Source of the DNA: a virus
DNA length: 64,000 bases
IMG/VR virus record: IMGVR_UViG_3300025195_000002
Strand: one strand, 5' to 3'
Positions within the stretch are counted from its first letter, which is position 1, and the number at the start of each line of letters is the position of its first letter. Shown here piece by piece: positions 58,375 to 64,000 of this stretch. The notes below the pieces were generated by a model. That model was not told where the DNA came from. It was given only the letters and a program-made list of their open reading frames with translations, and searched no databases. A program made the position numbers and the translations under genes.

Positions 58375-59418
58375 TTACTTCTTAGCAGCACGGTCAGTTA
58401 CTAATTTTAAACTAGTTTCTAAATGACCAAGTGTTTGAGTGTAATAACTAATTAAGTTACGTGGCATCGATTGAAGCATTCCGTTAATCGGCGTGGCTAT
58501 TTTCATTAACTCAGTAATGACCTCGCGATTACCTCTGGCTAATTTAAAACCAGACTTCATGCTACCTACAATTTCTTTTGAAAAGGTTTCAGTATTTTTA
58601 ATTAAATCACTAACCTCATCGATGTTTAATTTATCAATAGCAGACTGTAGTGATTCAATGGTGAATATTTTAGTAGTGCTACTGTTTTTAACAGATTCCT
58701 CTTCAAATTTCAATACGGGTACTGGGCTGGTAAGGTCGATGATGAGACGTTTATTACCAGGAAAGAGATCTTTAGAAGAGTAGAGTAAATCTTTTTCAAC
58801 CGTGTTAAAATGTTTATTGATGTAATCTATCAAGCCGTTAGAGAGATTGGTAACAACATCTACATCTTTAATGGTTTTAGCAGAGTTAAAACGTCCTACT
58901 ATCTTTGTACCCATATTACGAATCTTTTCAAGCGGCTCAACAATGGTGTTTAGGCGGGTTACTATAACATCAAAGTCTATCTCTCCACCAACTTCCAACG
59001 CTTTAGCATGCTCCCCCAATTCAACTTCAACAGGGTCATCTACCTCTTTAATTTCAGCATTTTTCTCATGCTGCTTAAGACGATTAATGATTTTGGTAAG
59101 GCGGTCAAACACAACTTTAACCCATTTAACAACAGCCTCGTAGGTGCGCACAAACGCTTCTTTAATCGCCTCTATGATTCGATCTATAGTGTCTAATACT
59201 GAATTTTCTAAAGAGGGTTCAACTGGAAGACCTAACTGACCGTTGATATGTTCAACGGTGATCAGTACCGCAGGACTATCCCAGAGACCATCCTGGCATG
59301 TCTGGTGAATTTCTTCTAACTCTATACCTAGACGACATAGACGAGCAATATCGCCATCCATTTCTTCAACAGCAATACAGCTTAACGTAGTTTCTATCTC
59401 ATCTACATTTAATAACAT
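58375..59418 (-). CDS. Internal head protein, paralogue of 57230..58363
   Basis: Propeptide with AVE/SLE, then VLDTIDRIIEAIKEAFVRTY..W; FPGNKRLII motif. Confidence 0.7.
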   Translation of the reverse strand: MLLNVDEIETTLSCIAVEEMDGDIARLCRLGIELEEIHQTCQDGLWDSPAVLITVEHINGQLGLPVEPSLENSVLDTIDRIIEAIKEAFVRTYEAVVKWVKVVFDRLTKIINRLKQHEKNAEIKEVDDPVEVELGEHAKALEVGGEIDFDVIVTRLNTIVEPLEKIRNMGTKIVGRFNSAKTIKDVDVVTNLSNGLIDYINKHFNTVEKDLLYSSKDLFPGNKRLIIDLTSPVPVLKFEEESVKNSSTTKIFTIESLQSAIDKLNIDEVSDLIKNTETFSKEIVGSMKSGFKLARGNREVITELMKIATPINGMLQSMPRNLISYYTQTLGHLETSLKLVTDRAAKK

Positions 59419-59531
59419 GGATTTGTCCTCAACAATAACTGATGATCTTAATTCATAGTTTAACAGGCAGACGTGTTGTATTAGACACCTACTACCAACA
59501 TCTATGACTATTAACTTTAGAAGCGGCTGTC

Positions 59532-61676
59532 ATGATATCCTTTCTATCCGACTATAAAAAATATCCCAATGCGATTGTGGATTTAAAGACAAGTAACGAG
59601 TCGTTTCTTAGACTCGCAAGTCTTTATAAAAAGATGGGTATTGAAAACAACGTATTTCATTTAACCCTTTTACAGCCAGAACTACAAGGTATCGATCCCT
59701 TTAGTTTAGATATTGACCAACAGACAAAAGTCATGATTACCATGGAGTGTAAATACAACCCATGGTATTTTCTCCGTGAGGTGGTTCGCATACCACCTCA
59801 GTCTGGTAATACACCTGTTCAATATAGGGCTAATCGTGGAAACATTGCCTTAACTTGGTCTTTTTTTAATCACATTGACTTTGCGTTAATTCAACCACGT
59901 CAGACAGGTAAATCGGTTTCTACTGACTGCCTGATGACTAACTTGATTTACCTTGCGATGTTATCATCACGTATAAACATGATAACAAAAGATGCTAACT
60001 TACGTTCTGCTAACGTTGAGCGTCTAAAACGAATACGTGACTTGTTACCACCTTATCTGTTAGTAAAAGATAAAACAGATGCAAATAACCAACATCTACT
60101 AACGTATAATACCTTAGACAATACCTATAGCACTGCCGTTGCTCAATCATCAGAAGCAGCCGCCATCAACGTAGGTCGTGGGACAACAGCCCCTATCACT
60201 CAGATCGATGAGGGTCCTTTTATCCGATTCATTGGCTCGTTGATACCCGCCGCTCTAGCAGCAGGGACAGCGGCCCGCGAGGAAGCTGAGCGCAATAACC
60301 AACCCTATGGAAACATCTTTACAACCACTGCTGGTAAAAAAGATGACCGGGATGGCAAATACATGTACGACATGATTAGCGGCGGTGCTGTATGGAGTGA
60401 GAAATTCTTAGACTCGCTCAACATCAATGATTTCCATCGTCTGGTTAGGGTAAACTGTACTAACCACAAAATATTGATTAATGGTACATTCTCCCATCGT
60501 CAATTAGGTCACTCCGATGATTGGTTATATAAAGCTATTGCGAATGCTAACGCAAAGGGTGAAGAAGCAGACCGTGACTTTTTTAACCGTTGGACAAGTG
60601 GTACACAACGATCTCCTTTGACCACTAAACAGAATAATACCATATTCGATTCTGAACGTGAGCCAGAATACGTCGAGGTGACCGATGAAGGATATATGTT
60701 AAGGTGGTATATCCCTGAATACCAAATTAATCAACGTATGGCTAACGGTTATTTTATTGCCGGTATGGATACCTCAGAGGGTGTGGGTCGAGATTCGATT
60801 ACCATGACTCTCATTGATGTTCGAGACTTATCTCTCGTCGCTGCAATGGACATTAACGAAGCAAACATTATTCGTTTCTGTAAGTGGGTCGCTAATTTTT
60901 TAATCGCTTATGAAAGAGTAACTTTAATTATTGAACGTAAGTCAACTGGGGTGGTTATTATTGATGCGTTAATGATAGAACTTCCATCTGTTGGCATTGA
61001 TCCCTTTAAACGGTTGTATAATACAGTTGTACAAAACCATATGGAGAGGAAAAGCGACTACGAAAGAATCGTTAAAGATGTTCGTTATCGAGATGAGTCA
61101 TTTTACATTAGCCATAAGACAGATTTTGGCTTTGCGACCAATGCACAATCTCGAGCACTTCTATACGGTAACGTTATACAAAACGCTGCTACCCATGCCG
61201 GTCATCTTGTAAGAGATAAGACACTCTCGCTGCAACTACGTGGTTTGGTTGAGAAAGGGGGTCGTATAGACCACGAAGCCTCCGGCAATGACGATTTAGT
61301 TATTGCATGGTTGTTGGCAAACTGGTTTGTGACCTATGGTAATCACCTGGACTTCTATGGGATAGATCCAGGACAGTGTTTACTTCTAATGGGTGAGAGT
61401 TCAGGTGATATTAGCCAAGACCTTCTCGTTAAAGAGAAGAATGCTAGGACTCGTCAACGTATCAATGAAGTATTAGAAGAAATAACACTATGTCAATCTG
61501 GCTTTAAATTGGCCCGATTAGAAAGTGAATTAAAGAAACTTACCTACCAAACTAAAAGCGATGGTGGTGAAATTTATAGTTTCGATGCGCTTATTAAACA
61601 AGCCAATGAGCGTAAGAAGACAAAACGTAATCAAAATAAAACACGCAACAATAATGCCAATTTGGCATTTTGGTAA
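59532..61676 (+). CDS. terL: Terminase large subunit (phiKZ gp25-like)
   Basis: NPWYFLREV, Walker A QPRQTGKS, Walker B QIDEG, nuclease motifs GMDTSEG and NDDLVIAW. Confidence 0.93.
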   Translation: MISFLSDYKKYPNAIVDLKTSNESFLRLASLYKKMGIENNVFHLTLLQPELQGIDPFSLDIDQQTKVMITMECKYNPWYFLREVVRIPPQSGNTPVQYRANRGNIALTWSFFNHIDFALIQPRQTGKSVSTDCLMTNLIYLAMLSSRINMITKDANLRSANVERLKRIRDLLPPYLLVKDKTDANNQHLLTYNTLDNTYSTAVAQSSEAAAINVGRGTTAPITQIDEGPFIRFIGSLIPAALAAGTAAREEAERNNQPYGNIFTTTAGKKDDRDGKYMYDMISGGAVWSEKFLDSLNINDFHRLVRVNCTNHKILINGTFSHRQLGHSDDWLYKAIANANAKGEEADRDFFNRWTSGTQRSPLTTKQNNTIFDSEREPEYVEVTDEGYMLRWYIPEYQINQRMANGYFIAGMDTSEGVGRDSITMTLIDVRDLSLVAAMDINEANIIRFCKWVANFLIAYERVTLIIERKSTGVVIIDALMIELPSVGIDPFKRLYNTVVQNHMERKSDYERIVKDVRYRDESFYISHKTDFGFATNAQSRALLYGNVIQNAATHAGHLVRDKTLSLQLRGLVEKGGRIDHEASGNDDLVIAWLLANWFVTYGNHLDFYGIDPGQCLLLMGESSGDISQDLLVKEKNARTRQRINEVLEEITLCQSGFKLARLESELKKLTYQTKSDGGEIYSFDALIKQANERKKTKRNQNKTRNNNANLAFW

Positions 61677-61704
61677 AAATTATAGTTAAAAAATAAGGAA
61701 GACC

Positions 61705-62742
61705 ATGAGTTTACTTAATGAAGTCCGTATCACTATCGATCGCAATCGCGCCGATACTATCGATATCTGTAAGAAAGAGCTTATTTATAAGCCTCATCTT
61801 CGTCTCTTGATATTAATGCGCCAAGACCAGGGTATTATTGAAGATCCAAGTCAAGCAGACATTGATCAGTGTTTGGCTATGGATAAGTTGTTCTTTGAAC
61901 GTCACCTTAAAGAAATTAAGATTAACAGTGATCGGATCTTAACCCATTTAGCCGAAGTTCATAAAACCAAATGGTATTTACGTCTGCCGTCATGGCTTGA
62001 TATTCCAAAGGTGTTGATGGTTGCTGATAATGAATACTACGAACAGGTTCGTATGGATGTACAGACGCCGTATTTTGATCGTGATGACATTCCAACGCTG
62101 ACAACGGTAATCTCTCACGTACAGCCATCTAACCGCTACGTAGAAGAAATCATTACACCCTTTGGTCCGGTGAACACTACCGTGAAGATCGCACCCCCAC
62201 TTAACCTACAAAACATTTTATCAATGTTCCACACAGTGTCATTGTTGAAGTGTGAGTATACAAAAGAGGCTATTGGGGGACAAGGTCTTTCACTTAGCCA
62301 GTCTGAGTTAGATTTTATTCAGAAAGGCACACTGCCTGATGACGTATCTATCTTACGTGAGCTGGCAACTATTGCTACTTCTGCAACACCCTATACGGCT
62401 TCGCTATATTTCTTCCTACGTCGCTTTAAAGAACTAAACGCAGTTGATCCCTATCAGCTCATCAGCTTTAAAGCCCAGTGTATGGATAAAGACGTTAAGT
62501 TAGGTCTGATGACACGCGAACGTGATAAGCTACTATTAACATCACGCCAGGTAAAGAACGCCATCAAGAAACTCTGCAGTCATTATAAATTTGCAGAAGA
62601 GATTGATCAAGCTTCTTTGTTTATTCATGATTACGATATGTTTAATACACTACGTTTCAATTTGAAACCATACGAGTCGTTACTCGAATACCATCGTGAA
62701 CACGACTACCTGAACGACGTTATTAAGCGCCAAGTGAAATAG
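61705..62742 (+). CDS. Hypothetical protein
   Basis: AAGGA RBS; 345 aa. Confidence 0.65.
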   Translation: MSLLNEVRITIDRNRADTIDICKKELIYKPHLRLLILMRQDQGIIEDPSQADIDQCLAMDKLFFERHLKEIKINSDRILTHLAEVHKTKWYLRLPSWLDIPKVLMVADNEYYEQVRMDVQTPYFDRDDIPTLTTVISHVQPSNRYVEEIITPFGPVNTTVKIAPPLNLQNILSMFHTVSLLKCEYTKEAIGGQGLSLSQSELDFIQKGTLPDDVSILRELATIATSATPYTASLYFFLRRFKELNAVDPYQLISFKAQCMDKDVKLGLMTRERDKLLLTSRQVKNAIKKLCSHYKFAEEIDQASLFIHDYDMFNTLRFNLKPYESLLEYHREHDYLNDVIKRQVK

Positions 62743-62790
62743 ACGACATAGACCACCTTCTCCTATAACGGGAGAAGGTGGCTTTATGCT
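62743..62790. terminator. Bidirectional terminator
   Basis: CCACCTTCTCC-TATAACG-GGAGAAGGTGG flanked by ACGACATA and TTATGC. Confidence 0.75.
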
Positions 62791-63288
62791 TTATCGGTTA
62801 TATACTTTAATGAAATAATCGACGTATTTGATATCATACTTGGTTCCAGTAACTTGGACCATTAATCTATCATACGCCTGTTGTTCTACAATGGATAATG
62901 TCTTTAAACGTATAGCGTTAACTATGTCATTATCATTAATAAGTCGATCTAGATAGATCTGAACTACGCACTCACGTGTTGGGTCGTAAGTGGGCAGTCT
63001 ATAACACAACCCCACAATATCAATTAACGCCTCATCATCTAGTAGTTGAAACGCTTTCTTAGGGAAAGTTAAACCCTTATCTACCCACATCAACAAAGTG
63101 TGGTAAGGGATAAGTTCTCCATATTCGTCATATATGCGGTGTTGTAGTTCATGCAGACCATCTCGATAACCAGTAGGTAGTTTCTTAAATTTTCGACCTA
63201 CATAATGTCGATAGAAGTCACTTGTATAGACATATAGCCTTATATTTAAACTATACATCATAACAACTTCTGGTGGTGGGTTGAACAT
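62791..63288 (-). CDS. Hypothetical protein
   Basis: 165 aa, coupled to the upstream gene. Confidence 0.6.
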   Translation of the reverse strand: MFNPPPEVVMMYSLNIRLYVYTSDFYRHYVGRKFKKLPTGYRDGLHELQHRIYDEYGELIPYHTLLMWVDKGLTFPKKAFQLLDDEALIDIVGLCYRLPTYDPTRECVVQIYLDRLINDNDIVNAIRLKTLSIVEQQAYDRLMVQVTGTKYDIKYVDYFIKVYNR

Positions 63289-63289
63289 A

Positions 63290-64000
63290 CTAATCGTAAT
63301 GTTTCATGGTTAACGAGCGCAGAACTAAGTATAATAAAATACCGGTTCTAACACTGGCTTTAACAGAAGCGTTGCGTGAAGTAACCGCATCTTCAGCAAT
63401 CTCTCCAGCAAGTTCACGAATCTCCAACAAATCATCCTGAACGCTACGTGAAGACATGTAGATAGCACGCATCTTAACCAAGACTAAAGGTAAGTTGGTA
63501 ATATCAACACGGTTCTGTTGTAAATAATGAAACGCATGGATAATGGTTTTATCCAGCAAAGGGCCAATGACCTTATCTTTACTGTCAGAAGCATTTTCAC
63601 TCATGTATTCTAACGAAGAGATTAATTGGTCTGGTGGCATGGTGTGTATTGCCTTGGCAACGATGTCTACCAGTTCCTGTTTAATGAATGTATCTCTATC
63701 AGCAACAATGCGATGTAGATACTGTCTAAAACGGGTATAGTCGTTTCGTTTATCTTTAACAATACTCTCCCCGTCAATATCAACAGATGCAGAGATAGTA
63801 GTAATTTTTGCATCTTGTTCTCTAACCTGATGGAAAACTTCTACTACCGCTTTAAATACTTCACGGATACGAGACTGGATGTCGTTGATCATGTAAACCA
63901 CTGCCTCATCAGGACCAAACTTACGATAGGTGTCGTAATGGATACCTGTTTTAGCTAGAATGCTTTCAGACCGGTCTTTAACCAAGGCCCCCCATGAACC
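63290..64000 (-). CDS. Conserved phiKZ-like protein, C-terminal part (starts beyond the right edge)
   Basis: The frame stays open to the window edge (GSWGALVKDRSE...), so the TTG at 63985 is probably internal; ends RTGILLYLVLRSL. Confidence 0.6.
   Translation of the reverse strand, partial: GSWGALVKDRSESILAKTGIHYDTYRKFGPDEAVVYMINDIQSRIREVFKAVVEVFHQVREQDAKITTISASVDIDGESIVKDKRNDYTRFRQYLHRIVADRDTFIKQELVDIVAKAIHTMPPDQLISSLEYMSENASDSKDKVIGPLLDKTIIHAFHYLQQNRVDITNLPLVLVKMRAIYMSSRSVQDDLLEIRELAGEIAEDAVTSRNASVKASVRTGILLYLVLRSLTMKHYD

Noticed and set aside
31577-61676. Inteins, introns or homing endonucleases in RNAP and terminase genes
   Set aside because: ORFs are continuous, of expected size, and show no intein splice or LAGLIDADG/HNH motifs
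63290-64000. Assignment as nvRNAP sigma-like subunit (phiKZ gp68) or import factor
   Set aside because: The sequence does not match what I recall of gp68 and only the C-terminal part is visible; left as conserved hypothetical
1-64000. Stop-codon reassignment, tRNA genes or chimallin
   Set aside because: Standard-code ORFs tile the window at full length; no tRNA cloverleaf or chimallin-like ORF recognised here

Overview
This window is part of a phiKZ-like jumbo myophage genome (Chimalliviridae-type gene content; no chimallin gene in this window). A spanin pair implies a Gram-negative host. Core modules, left to right: tail-fibre/baseplate genes; a Rad50/SbcC-like ATPase; a central-spike-like protein; spanins; RNase H; a UvsX/RecA-like recombinase; four pieces of the split virion RNA polymerase (phiKZ gp149-, gp180-, gp178- and probable gp176-like); a 2276-aa gp181-like tail protein; the gp175-like head protease; tail sheath and tube; baseplate genes; two inserted head-protein paralogues; and the terminase large subunit. 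Small accessory genes lie at about 33.3-38.7 kb and 45.9-48.8 kb behind a repeated CCTAYATTAC early-promoter motif. The most unusual signals are non-coding: (i) a ~620-bp structured AT-rich, origin-like locus at 36.6-37.2 kb; (ii) at least 13 gene-end hairpins sharing a TATGC(CGT) flank, several with no U-tract; (iii) a 55-bp palindromic element in three copies, one with its core inverted; (iv) a 14-bp hairpin that would occlude an RBS and has a TATG late-promoter motif in its loop. No tRNA, rRNA, CRISPR array, intron, intein or transposase was recognised. Homologue names come from recalled motifs and synteny, not from database searches.
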